Assembly (NCBI GenBank): GCA_049510295.1
Contig: JBEKZC010000014.1
Span: 1,595 to 65,594 of the forward strand
DNA from: Verrucomicrobiota bacterium
GTDB lineage: Bacteria; Verrucomicrobiota; Verrucomicrobiia; Limisphaerales; UBA11358
DNA length: 64,000 nucleotides
Direction: 5' to 3'
The notes beneath the pieces are model-generated. The model did not search any database and had not been told where the DNA came from. It saw only the letters and a list, made by a program, of their open reading frames with translations. Positions 56,237 to 64,000 of the stretch are shown in pieces. The translations under genes were made by a program, and so were the position numbers. The stretch's first letter is position 1. The number at the start of each line of letters is the position of its first letter.

Positions 56237-56302
56237 GCTGTAGTGTCGAGCCTGTGGCTCGAATGAATCAGCGCACAGCGCCGACATTACAACCGAAATT
56301 TT
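56237..56302 (+). repeat. REP-like structured repeat, copy 1
   Basis: TGTAGTGTCG (56239-56248) pairs with CGACATTACA (56282-56291). Inner hairpins are GAGCC-TGT-GGCTC and GCGC-ACA-GCGC. Partner at 61663-61729. Confidence 0.8.
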
Positions 56303-56361
56303 GACAAACGTCACACACTGGCACATCCTTTCAAAAGTTGCCGCGAATAAAGGCAACCCCT

Positions 56362-57345
56362 ATGTCCGTCCAATACAAAGATTACTACGAAACCCTCGGC
56401 GTGCCGCGCACGGCCAGCGCCGATGAGCTGAAAAAATCCTTTCGCAAACTCGCGCGGCAATATCATCCCGACGTCGCCAAGGACAAAAAGAAGGCCGAGG
56501 AAAAATTCAAGGAAATCAACGAGGCCTATGAGGTTTTGAGCGACCCGGCCAAACGCAAAAAATACGACGAACTGGGCGCGAATTGGAAGTCCGGCGCGGA
56601 TTTTCGTCCGCCGTCCGGCTGGGAACATTTCTCCGGCGGCCAGACTTTTCGCGGGCGCGGCGGCGGGGGTGAAGAATTTGAAACCCATTTCGGCGGCACC
56701 GGGTTCAGCGATTTCTTCGAGCAATTGTTCGGCTCGCGGATGCGCGGCGGAGCCGGCGGCTTTGGCCGCACCGCGGGATTTGAGGATGAGGAATTCGCCG
56801 AGCGCGGACGCGACATCGAAGGCGACATCCTGGTCACACTCGAAGAAGCCATGCGCGGTTCCGTGCGCACGGTCAACGTGCGTCACACGGTCGGGCACTC
56901 GGTCAAAACGGAAACGCACCAGGTCAAAATCCCGCCCGGGGTGACCGAAGGACAAAAATTGCGGCTCGCCGGGCGCGGTGAAACCGGCGCGGGCGGCGGC
57001 GCGGCGGGCGATTTGTATTTGCGCGTGCGGCTGGCCAAACATCCCGACTTCGAGGTCGAGGACCACAACCTGATTTACGAGGCCGAACTGGCGCCGTGGG
57101 AAGCCGTGCTGGGCGCGAATCTTTCCGTGCCCGCGCTGGACGGTCGTGTGAACATCAAAATTCCGCCCGGCACCCAAAACGGGCAAAAGCTTCGCGTGCG
57201 CGCACGCGGCCTGCCGACGCGTAACGGCGCGCGCGGCGATTTGATGGTCGTCACCCGCATCGCCGTGCCGGCCAGGGTCGGAGACACGGAGAAAAAATTG
57301 TGGGAACAGCTTGCCCGTGAATCAAAATTCAACCCGCGCCTTTGA
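56362..57345 (+). CDS. cbpA: DnaJ-class co-chaperone without zinc finger (CbpA-like)
   Basis: J domain [31 protein letters not shown], Gly-rich linker, DnaJ C-terminal domains, no CxxCxGxG. Confidence 0.8.
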   Translation: MSVQYKDYYETLGVPRTASADELKKSFRKLARQYHPDVAKDKKKAEEKFKEINEAYEVLSDPAKRKKYDELGANWKSGADFRPPSGWEHFSGGQTFRGRGGGGEEFETHFGGTGFSDFFEQLFGSRMRGGAGGFGRTAGFEDEEFAERGRDIEGDILVTLEEAMRGSVRTVNVRHTVGHSVKTETHQVKIPPGVTEGQKLRLAGRGETGAGGGAAGDLYLRVRLAKHPDFEVEDHNLIYEAELAPWEAVLGANLSVPALDGRVNIKIPPGTQNGQKLRVRARGLPTRNGARGDLMVVTRIAVPARVGDTEKKLWEQLARESKFNPRL

Positions 57346-57426
57346 GCGTAGCGGCGTCTCGGCAGAGCGCCGCAAACTTGAGAAAATTGAATTGTGCGGC
57401 TTTCTACCGAAAGCCGCTACGACTGC

Positions 57427-58122
57427 ATGAAGACCGTCTTGATCACCGGCGTTTCGCGTGGACTTGGCCGCGCGCTCGCGGAGGAATTCATCCGGCTTGG
57501 CCACACCGTGCTGGGCTGCGGACGCTCGGAAAGGGAAACCGGACAATTGCGAAAACAGTTCGCCGCGCCCCATGACTTCACCGTCGTTGATGTTTCCGCG
57601 GACGAACAGGTCGCGGCCTGGGCGAAACGCATTTTGAAATCCCATGGCGCGCCGGATTTGTTGTTGAACAACGCCGGCATGATCAACCGCAACGCACGCC
57701 TCTGGGAAATTGGCGCGCAGGAGTTTTCCGACGTGGTTGACGTGAACCTCAAGGGTGTGGCGAACGTCATCCGCCATTTTGCGCCGGAAATGGTCAAACG
57801 CCGGCGCGGGGTCATTGTAAATTTCAGTTCCGGCTGGGGGCGCTCGACTGCCGCGGAAGTCGCGCCATACTGCGCCACGAAATGGGCGATTGAAGGGCTG
57901 ACGCAGGCGTTGGCGCAGGAGTTGCCGTCGGGCATGGCCGCTGTGCCGCTCAATCCCGGCATCATCAACACCGACATGCTGCGCAGTTGCTTCGGCGGTT
58001 CGGCCTCGGGTTATCCAACACCGGAAGAATGGGCAAAAATTGCCGTGCCGTTTCTGTTGAAGCTCGGCCCATCGGACAACGGCAAACCGCTGACCGTACC
58101 GGTTCGCAGCGCCAATGAATAA
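57427..58122 (+). CDS. SDR family oxidoreductase
   Basis: ITGVSRGLGRALA cofactor motif, NNAG, YCATK catalytic YxxxK. Confidence 0.85.
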   Translation: MKTVLITGVSRGLGRALAEEFIRLGHTVLGCGRSERETGQLRKQFAAPHDFTVVDVSADEQVAAWAKRILKSHGAPDLLLNNAGMINRNARLWEIGAQEFSDVVDVNLKGVANVIRHFAPEMVKRRRGVIVNFSSGWGRSTAAEVAPYCATKWAIEGLTQALAQELPSGMAAVPLNPGIINTDMLRSCFGGSASGYPTPEEWAKIAVPFLLKLGPSDNGKPLTVPVRSANE

Positions 58123-58124
58123 AG

Positions 58125-58282
58125 ACGAAAAACGCAGTAGCCGCCGACATCAGCCGGCGCAAACTTCTCCTGATCAGCATGGACTGACGACCATGGCGAT
58201 AAATCGCCATGACGAACCACCCATGCGCTGCCCGCCGGTGTCCGGCTTCCAATCTTGGTTTTCAGGTTAAAATTCTGCGAAC
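58125..58282 (+). repeat. 158-nt direct repeat, copy 1
   Basis: Aligns to 61177-61334 (about 80 percent by eye). Shared blocks are ACGAAAAACGCAG, CGGCGCAAACTTCT, AAATCGCCATGACGAACCAC and TCCGGCTTCCAATCTTGGTTTTC. Confidence 0.85.
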
Positions 58283-58430
58283 GCCCGGCCGCCGTGCGGC
58301 CATCATACCATCATACCCTTTAGCGCTCCAAGGTCGCTATGCCAGTGTACCAAATGTTTTCTAGAATGGGTATTGGTTTGAATTTTGGTAAGAGTGCCCT
58401 CGAAGCGGCGATTTTCCCTGAAGCCTTCTG

Positions 58431-61058
58431 CTATGGTCCATTCGTCAAGCCGACCGCTTTGCCTGCGGAGTATAGTTTTAACAATTGTTCGTTTACCGCA
58501 GCTATTTCCGGGTGGACGTTCAACAAAGCGACGTCGCGCGCCTTTTTAGCCATTTCAATGGCCTTGGCAAACTGGCCGTCTTCGGCATAAGCAGCAGCAA
58601 GGGTTCCTATGAAAACCGGTTGTTGCTGGCCGGTCAACTCGACAGCTCTGCTGGCAAACTGCACAGCTTCCTTGCCATTACGCAATTCCTGCCTGGGATT
58701 TGCCGCCAGGTTCCAGGCCAGATTGTTTAACGCCACAGGGTCATTGGGATAGAGGCGGGTGGCCTCGCGATACGCTTGAACCGCCTCGGCGAACTTTCCG
58801 GCCTTGTTCAGTTGGATGGCAAGTTCCATTCTCCTTTGCAGTTCGGGATTTCCGGGCGCGTTGGTTTCGGAACCGTTCAAGGAATTTGCAGCCGCCGCAC
58901 TTTGCAACGGATTCTCCGGCAAGGTGGATTCGTTTTCCGGCAGGACAAATACTCCCAAAGCCAGGATCAAAAGCGCGCCAGCTGCCAACCAGCTGCCGTT
59001 TTTCAAAACAGGCAGGCCCCGGTCGGCAGTGGTGGCCGATGGCAGATCGGCAAAAAACATGGTCAAGATCGTGGCGAACCAGGCCAGCAGCACTGGGAGA
59101 AGGTATCGTCCCGCGGCGGAATCCACAGTGTAACCGATCACATGAGCCAGACTGGTGATGTTGACAAAGCTGGCAAATACACCGCTCAACGCAGCCACGG
59201 CGCCGAGAAACATTGCCAGGATCCAGACGACGATTTGACGGCGGGTGGGAATGGCAAACCAAAGCGCCACCGTCATAAACAGGCAGAGCCATGCCAGACC
59301 GAGTGTCGAAGGATTATACAATGATGAAAGGCCGTCCCATTTGCCGATCCAATGAAGCTGTCCGCCTTCACCATTCCAGTTTGCAAAGTCGGGATTCACA
59401 AACAATCGAGCCAGTTCGATTTGGAAGAGGCGGGCCCAATTTGAGAGGGTTGAAAACAGGGTGGTTGGATGGTGCAGGACGTGGCTGGCCCAACTCGATT
59501 CGTAGTTCAATGTGGGTATTTGAAGACGCAGGCAGACGAAGGGCAAAGCCGCCAGAAAACAGAACGCCAGCACCGGCCAGAAGCGGGGCGACGGTTTCAA
59601 CGAGGGTCGTGCCGAAGGCAGCAGCAAAATCCAGCTTCCCACCATTGCCAGAAAAATGAAGCCCTCAAACTTTGACATGGCCGCTCCAAACAAAAGCGTC
59701 AGCCCAAGGCCGAGCCGGGCGGGATCTTTCCCGACCAGCCACAAAGCGCATTGCACGAATCCCAGAACGGTGAAGAAGACCATGGGCAAAACCCCGCCTT
59801 CCCACTGGACGAACATCTGGGTGGCCGGCAACAGCAATACACCCAGGAGTGCAAATGACGGGGCATGGAAGCATGCTTTTCCGGCACGGTTCAGAGAGGC
59901 CAGGGCGGCTATAAGGAAAAACAGCATCCAAGTGGGCCAGAACTTGGTGACAAACTCATCCACATGACCGAGCGAATCATACGTGGCTGCATGCAGCGAA
60001 GGCACGAGCGTGGGATAATCCAGATGCGCATGCGCCAGACGCGGATTGGAAAACCATTGCACGATCTCGCTTCCGGTATAGAGGTGGATTATTTTTGCCT
60101 TGAGCAACCACGCCGCCACGGCGTCAAATTCCGTGACTTCCTGCAAACCGGCCAGACGGAAGAGAACCAGAAACACCAGCGCTCCCGCCACAAAAACAGC
60201 GGCGATAACGGGACTACGAACCATCTTCCCAAAACCATCACGAATCCCGGTCCAATAGACTTTGCGGTCGCGCCATATTTCCGCAATTGCCCCAACGGCG
60301 GTTACCATGAGAATCAGCCCCCGCCCTTGAAAACCGCAAAGTTTGACGCCCAGTGTCAGTGCCGCCACGGCCATCATTCCCAAGCCCAAGCCGCAGGCCA
60401 GTTGCTCCAGCAGCGGCATCCGCTCACTCAAGGTAGGGAACAAAAAACGGAACAGCCACATCCCCGCCAACGCCGTCAACAATGGAAGAAGAAACGCTAT
60501 GACGGTGTCATAACCGGAGTTAAACCAGGCCGGATTGGTTGGGAACTTCAAGGGAAGGTCCCTCAGTGCTTTCACCCACAGTCGGGGCCCCGGAGAAAGG
60601 TCGAACCCCATATCGAATCCATGGGCAAGAATTTCCTGATCGGATTCAGCCGTCCTGCCCAGAAAGCCGTCCTTGGTTAAGCGGCCTGGCTGATCCACAC
60701 TCACGCCGACTTCACGAGGGAAAAGATAGTAAGTTGCATAAAAAAAATACCCAATCTTGTCGTAGTTGGTGGGACCGGTCATGTCAGTCATGAAAACGCG
60801 TGCCTTCTTTGGCAAAACCAAATCATAATACCGGCTTGTTCCTGAGGCTGAAATAGTTTCCCCACTCCTGTCGACGATATTAGAAATCCCTGCCAGTTTT
60901 CCCTGCCGAAGAAAGGACTGCGCCAGGGACTCATATGTTCCGTATTGTCCGTCCTCTCCTCCATCGTAATGCCTGAACTGCCAGGTTATCACGAGGCTGG
61001 CAAAAGCTGCCAGAGAGGCTGCAATGAGAGATCCCCAACGACTATTCATGGAATTCAA
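58431..61058 (-). CDS. 875-aa multi-pass membrane protein with C-terminal TPR domain (possible GT-C-type glycosyltransferase)
   Basis: More than 12 hydrophobic helices, then a TPR tail (LNNLAWNLAANP...LAAAYAEDGQFAKAIEMAKKA). Confidence 0.6.
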   Translation of the reverse strand: MNSMNSRWGSLIAASLAAFASLVITWQFRHYDGGEDGQYGTYESLAQSFLRQGKLAGISNIVDRSGETISASGTSRYYDLVLPKKARVFMTDMTGPTNYDKIGYFFYATYYLFPREVGVSVDQPGRLTKDGFLGRTAESDQEILAHGFDMGFDLSPGPRLWVKALRDLPLKFPTNPAWFNSGYDTVIAFLLPLLTALAGMWLFRFLFPTLSERMPLLEQLACGLGLGMMAVAALTLGVKLCGFQGRGLILMVTAVGAIAEIWRDRKVYWTGIRDGFGKMVRSPVIAAVFVAGALVFLVLFRLAGLQEVTEFDAVAAWLLKAKIIHLYTGSEIVQWFSNPRLAHAHLDYPTLVPSLHAATYDSLGHVDEFVTKFWPTWMLFFLIAALASLNRAGKACFHAPSFALLGVLLLPATQMFVQWEGGVLPMVFFTVLGFVQCALWLVGKDPARLGLGLTLLFGAAMSKFEGFIFLAMVGSWILLLPSARPSLKPSPRFWPVLAFCFLAALPFVCLRLQIPTLNYESSWASHVLHHPTTLFSTLSNWARLFQIELARLFVNPDFANWNGEGGQLHWIGKWDGLSSLYNPSTLGLAWLCLFMTVALWFAIPTRRQIVVWILAMFLGAVAALSGVFASFVNITSLAHVIGYTVDSAAGRYLLPVLLAWFATILTMFFADLPSATTADRGLPVLKNGSWLAAGALLILALGVFVLPENESTLPENPLQSAAAANSLNGSETNAPGNPELQRRMELAIQLNKAGKFAEAVQAYREATRLYPNDPVALNNLAWNLAANPRQELRNGKEAVQFASRAVELTGQQQPVFIGTLAAAYAEDGQFAKAIEMAKKARDVALLNVHPEIAAVNEQLLKLYSAGKAVGLTNGP

Positions 61059-61176
61059 AACGCATGCTCATTAAAAAGTTTTGCTCAGACCGGGCACTGT
61101 AAAGAGTGCGCCATTTCAGTCAAGTATGGACCCTGGCAGATGTCTGACCGCGCCCATTCGCGGCGCAAATGATTTA

Positions 61177-61334
61177 ACGAAAAACGCAGCCGCCGCCGGC
61201 ATCAGTCGGCGCAAACTTCTTCTGATGAGCGCGGACGGATGTTCGCGGCTGCAAATCGCCATGACGAACCACTCACGCGATTCCCGCAAGTATCCGGCTT
61301 CCAATCTTGGTTTTCGGTTAAAATTTTGCGAAAC
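61177..61334 (+). repeat. 158-nt direct repeat, copy 2
   Basis: See copy 1. Lies in the divergent spacer upstream of the 875-aa gene. Confidence 0.85.
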
Positions 61335-61384
61335 TCAACCGCCGCGCGCTTGACCGCGACCAGGGCTGCACTTAGTTTGAATTC

Positions 61385-61663
61385 ATGGCGAACGCGCCCC
61401 AAAAGAAAAAACGCAGAGCAATAATGCTTGGTGTCGGCCTGGATTCCGACGGGCACAAGCGGCTGACGACCGGGCCGAACTTTGCGCTCGTCGGCGGCAC
61501 GAAGGAAACGCACGAGGTGATGACTGAAAAGGCCGTCAAGATCAACGAAAAGCTCAAGGCCCGCGGCAAACAACTCGAAGAAGTCAGTCACGATGAGTTC
61601 GACGACATCGCCCATGAGGTCGGCCTCAAGCCGGTCAAGCCGGTCAAGCCGCGCTCGAACTAG
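61385..61663 (+). CDS. conserved-looking small hypothetical protein
   Basis: Coding-like 92-codon ORF (MLGVGLDSDGHKRLTTGPNFALVGGTKETHEVM...). Basic N-terminus, PVKPVKP tail. Confidence 0.55.
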   Translation: MANAPQKKKRRAIMLGVGLDSDGHKRLTTGPNFALVGGTKETHEVMTEKAVKINEKLKARGKQLEEVSHDEFDDIAHEVGLKPVKPVKPRSN

Positions 61664-61729
61664 CTGTAGCGTCGAGCCTGCGGCTCGGATGAATCGGCGC
61701 ACAGCGCCGACGCTACAACCGAAATCTTT
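61663..61729 (+). repeat. REP-like structured repeat, copy 2
   Basis: TGTAGCGTCG (61665-61674) pairs perfectly with CGACGCTACA (61708-61717). Overlaps the last codons and stop of the HAD gene. Confidence 0.8.
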
Positions 61730-62312
61730 CCATTGCCGCGCGGGATTTCTCCGGTGTCTTGTGTAAAATCGTCCGCCAGCCGCGCGCCGCGCCCGCCGCC
61801 ACGTTTTCCGGCCGGTCGTCAATGTAAAGGATTTCCGCGCCGCGCCGTCCGGCCAGTTTCTCCAATGCCTCGTACATTTTGGCGTCGGGCTTCATGGCGC
61901 CGACTTCGCAGGAAAAAATGTAACCGTCGAAGTCGCGGAAGAACGGAAAACTCCGCCGGACGTGTTCGATGGCGAGGTCGTTGGTGTTCGAAAAAATATA
62001 GGTCGGGACGCCGCGGCGCCGCAGTCCGGCGTGCAGTTCAATCATCGGCGGAATTTCCGTGAAAATGTCCGCGAAAAATTCGCCGAATTCCTCAATTGTT
62101 CCGCGAAAGCCGGCGGCTTTGCGCGCCTGCTCATAAAATTCCTCCCGTGTCAACCGGCCGGACTCGTAATCAATGATGGCGTGGGATTGTCCAAGGAAGG
62201 TTTTGATTCCATCAGGCGGCAGTGTGCTGCGCGCGGCTATCCGGGAAACGGCGATGTGGTAGTCAAAATCCACCAAAACCTTGCCGAGATCGAAAGCGAC
62301 GACGGTGCTCAC
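61713..62312 (-). CDS. HAD family hydrolase (subfamily IA)
   Basis: VVAFDLGKVLVDFD (DxD-type motif I variant), SNTN, YIDDRPENV. Confidence 0.8.
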   Translation of the reverse strand: MSTVVAFDLGKVLVDFDYHIAVSRIAARSTLPPDGIKTFLGQSHAIIDYESGRLTREEFYEQARKAAGFRGTIEEFGEFFADIFTEIPPMIELHAGLRRRGVPTYIFSNTNDLAIEHVRRSFPFFRDFDGYIFSCEVGAMKPDAKMYEALEKLAGRRGAEILYIDDRPENVAAGAARGWRTILHKTPEKSRAAMERFRL

Positions 62313-62911
62313 AACATTTCCCTGCGGCCTTCCAGCGCGCGGCTCAACGTAAGTTCATCGGCGAATTCCAATCCGCTCCCGGCGGGCAAACCGTAGGCGA
62401 TGCGGGAAATCTTGACCCCCTTGCGCGCCAGCCGTTTGGCCAGGTAATGGCTCGTCGCGTCGCCTTCCACGTCCGTGCCCAGCGCAATGATAATTTCCCT
62501 GATGGGCTCCTGTGGGAACCGTTTTTCCAATTCGGCAATGCGCAGGTCCTCCGGTTCAACACCATCGAGCGGGGAAATTTTTCCGCCGAGCACGTGAAAT
62601 TTGCCGCCATACGTGCCGGATTTCTCAATGCTCAGAATATCCACCGCGCGCTCGACCACGCACACCAGCGAGGCATCCCGCCGCGTGTCGGCACAGATGG
62701 GGCAGGGCGACTTTTCCGTCAGCGCGCCGCAGGTCGTGCAGAACTGGATTTTTTCGCGGGCATGGAGCATCGTGTCGGCCAGTTGTTTCACCACCGCCGA
62801 ATCGGTCTGGACGAGGTGCAGTGCGATGCGCTCGGCGGAACGCGGCCCGATGCCGGGCAGCTTGTTCAGCGCCGCGATGAGCGAAACAACGGGTTCTGGA
62901 ATTGGATTCAT
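62309..62911 (-). CDS. recR: recombination protein RecR
   Basis: LPGIGPRSAERIA helix-hairpin-helix, C4 zinc finger CTTCG...CPIC, Toprim region. Confidence 0.95.
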   Translation of the reverse strand: MNPIPEPVVSLIAALNKLPGIGPRSAERIALHLVQTDSAVVKQLADTMLHAREKIQFCTTCGALTEKSPCPICADTRRDASLVCVVERAVDILSIEKSGTYGGKFHVLGGKISPLDGVEPEDLRIAELEKRFPQEPIREIIIALGTDVEGDATSHYLAKRLARKGVKISRIAYGLPAGSGLEFADELTLSRALEGRREML

Positions 62912-62976
62912 CGTCCCTTTCGTCCTCGTAATCGTCCTCGTAATCGAAAAATCGAGGACGAGGACGAGGACGATTA
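62912..62976. repeat. inverted array of CGTCCT / AGGACG hexamer words between recR and ybaB
   Basis: CGTCCTCG at 62921 and 62933 can pair with CGAGGACG at 62953, 62959 and 62965 in several registers. Confidence 0.7.
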
Positions 62977-62982
62977 AAAAAT

Positions 62983-63291
62983 TTACATCAGCCCCGGCAT
63001 GTTCAATCCCGCCGTGATTTTGCCCATTTCGGCGTTGGAAATTTCCTTGGCCTGGCCGAGTGCCTGGTTCGCGGCGGTCACAATCATGTCTTCGAGCAAC
63101 TGCGCGTCAGACGGGTTGAGCGCTTGCGGATCAATCTTGATGGACGCGATGGAGCCGTCGCACCTGGCGGTAATTTTGACCGCGCCGCCGCTGCCGGCCT
63201 CGACGGTGCGCGCCGCGAGTTGGGCCTGCACCTGTTCCATTTGCTGCTGCATTCGCGCAGCCTGTTTCATGAGTTTGCCAATGCTGGACAT
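62983..63291 (-). CDS. ybaB: YbaB/EbfC family nucleoid-associated protein
   Basis: MKQAARMQQQMEQVQAQL...GGAVKITARCDG. 102 aa. Confidence 0.9.
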   Translation of the reverse strand: MSSIGKLMKQAARMQQQMEQVQAQLAARTVEAGSGGAVKITARCDGSIASIKIDPQALNPSDAQLLEDMIVTAANQALGQAKEISNAEMGKITAGLNMPGLM

Positions 63292-63329
63292 ATTTTAATT
63301 TCAGATTGCGGATTTCAGATTGCAAATTT

Positions 63330-64000
63330 TCAAGCGCGGACTTCAACGATCTGGCCTTTAAAAATTTCCAGGGCCTTTTGGATCAGCGGGTCGTTTTTGA
63401 AATCGTTTTTGTCGAAGGGGACGGAGGCCGGTTTAGATTTTGCGGCCGGCACGGCAGACGCAGCCGGTTTGGCTTGTTGGAGTTCACGCTTTAGCGTGTC
63501 AGTCGAACAAGCTGAAGCTTGAACTCCAACGCCCTCGTTTTGCTTTGCGGCCATCGCCGACGCTTCGATTTTGACGAATTTAATTAGCGCGTTTGCATGG
63601 CCAAGCTCCGCGAGTTTGGTTTGGAGCAGCGTGTGGTTGCGCGCGTTGTCCACGAGACCAAGGTGATCCTCAAATTCGGGATCGAAACCAATCGTGAGCA
63701 GATTTTTATCGAACGAAACCGGATTTGCGTCCACGAGATAACTTCGCGTAAAAGGACTGACGCGGCCAACGGCTTCAACCAGCTTGGCCCACAACCCGGC
63801 CAGGTCGCTGTAGCCGCCGACGTCAGTCGGCGCATTTGTCACGAATGCTTGGGAACTTGTCGGAGCGGGAGCCGGGGAGGGCTTATTGCGCGAACTTACG
63901 TTCGCGGCTACGAAAGTTGGAGCGGACGATCCGCCTTCGCCGTGCTGCGGCGCGACGGTGACGCCTGCGCCACCTTGGCCGCCGCGCAACTGGTTGAGCT
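63330..64000 (-). CDS. dnaX: DNA polymerase III subunit gamma/tau, C-terminal part (5' end outside window)
   Basis: Frame is open to the window edge. Pro/Ala-rich linker followed by a tau-type C-terminal domain. Canonical dnaX-ybaB-recR order. Confidence 0.8.
   Translation of the reverse strand, partial: LNQLRGGQGGAGVTVAPQHGEGGSSAPTFVAANVSSRNKPSPAPAPTSSQAFVTNAPTDVGGYSDLAGLWAKLVEAVGRVSPFTRSYLVDANPVSFDKNLLTIGFDPEFEDHLGLVDNARNHTLLQTKLAELGHANALIKFVKIEASAMAAKQNEGVGVQASACSTDTLKRELQQAKPAASAVPAAKSKPASVPFDKNDFKNDPLIQKALEIFKGQIVEVRA

Noticed and set aside
57965-58252. Minus-strand mini-ORFs inside the 158-nt repeats (also 61116-61304) as bona fide protein genes
   Set aside because: Copy 1 would run antisense into the SDR gene 3' end, the starts are TTG, and the central third is not conserved. 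Retained only as a hypothesis within the repeat finding.

Overview
High-GC chromosomal segment of 64 kb. It is probably from a Verrucomicrobiota (Pedosphaera-like) genome; this rests only on gene content and the intergenic repeat vocabulary. I support about 57 protein genes and one tRNA-Ser(GCT). I saw no rRNA, CRISPR array, integrase or transposase. Housekeeping genes include purA, uppS, purN, hisG, trxB, gap, msrA, yacG, rnd, prc, an HtrA-type protease, a cbpA-like gene and the dnaX-ybaB-recR cluster. Glycan-related genes sit among them: a GH26-like gene convergent with a GH2 beta-mannosidase, two adjacent secreted glycoside hydrolases, ugd, a GDP-mannose 3,5-epimerase operon and two TPR-tailed multi-pass membrane proteins. 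Large secreted or envelope proteins include a duplicated beta-helix protein, an AsmA-like protein and a serpin. Almost every intergenic spacer is assembled from short GC-rich repeat words, several of them arranged as TIR-bounded MITE-like units. Observations most worth follow-up: (1) two neighbouring hydrolase genes share a near-identical 3' module that ends exactly at the stop codon; (2) a recurrent extreme C-terminal W...FYR(V/I) module occurs on three secreted proteins, plus one decayed copy; (3) an AbrB/PIN toxin-antitoxin cassette is bracketed by a 46-nt duplication of the uppS 3' end; (4) a GME operon carries an 83-aa ORF that keeps only the first and last motifs of a fucokinase-type GHMP kinase; (5) a DUF5679 zinc-ribbon gene abuts a pseudo-plus-active tandem NDK; (6) 158-nt direct repeats bracket an 875-aa membrane protein gene; (7) a 33-aa bS22-like ORF is absent from the ORF track. 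All product calls come from motif recognition by eye. No database search was run.
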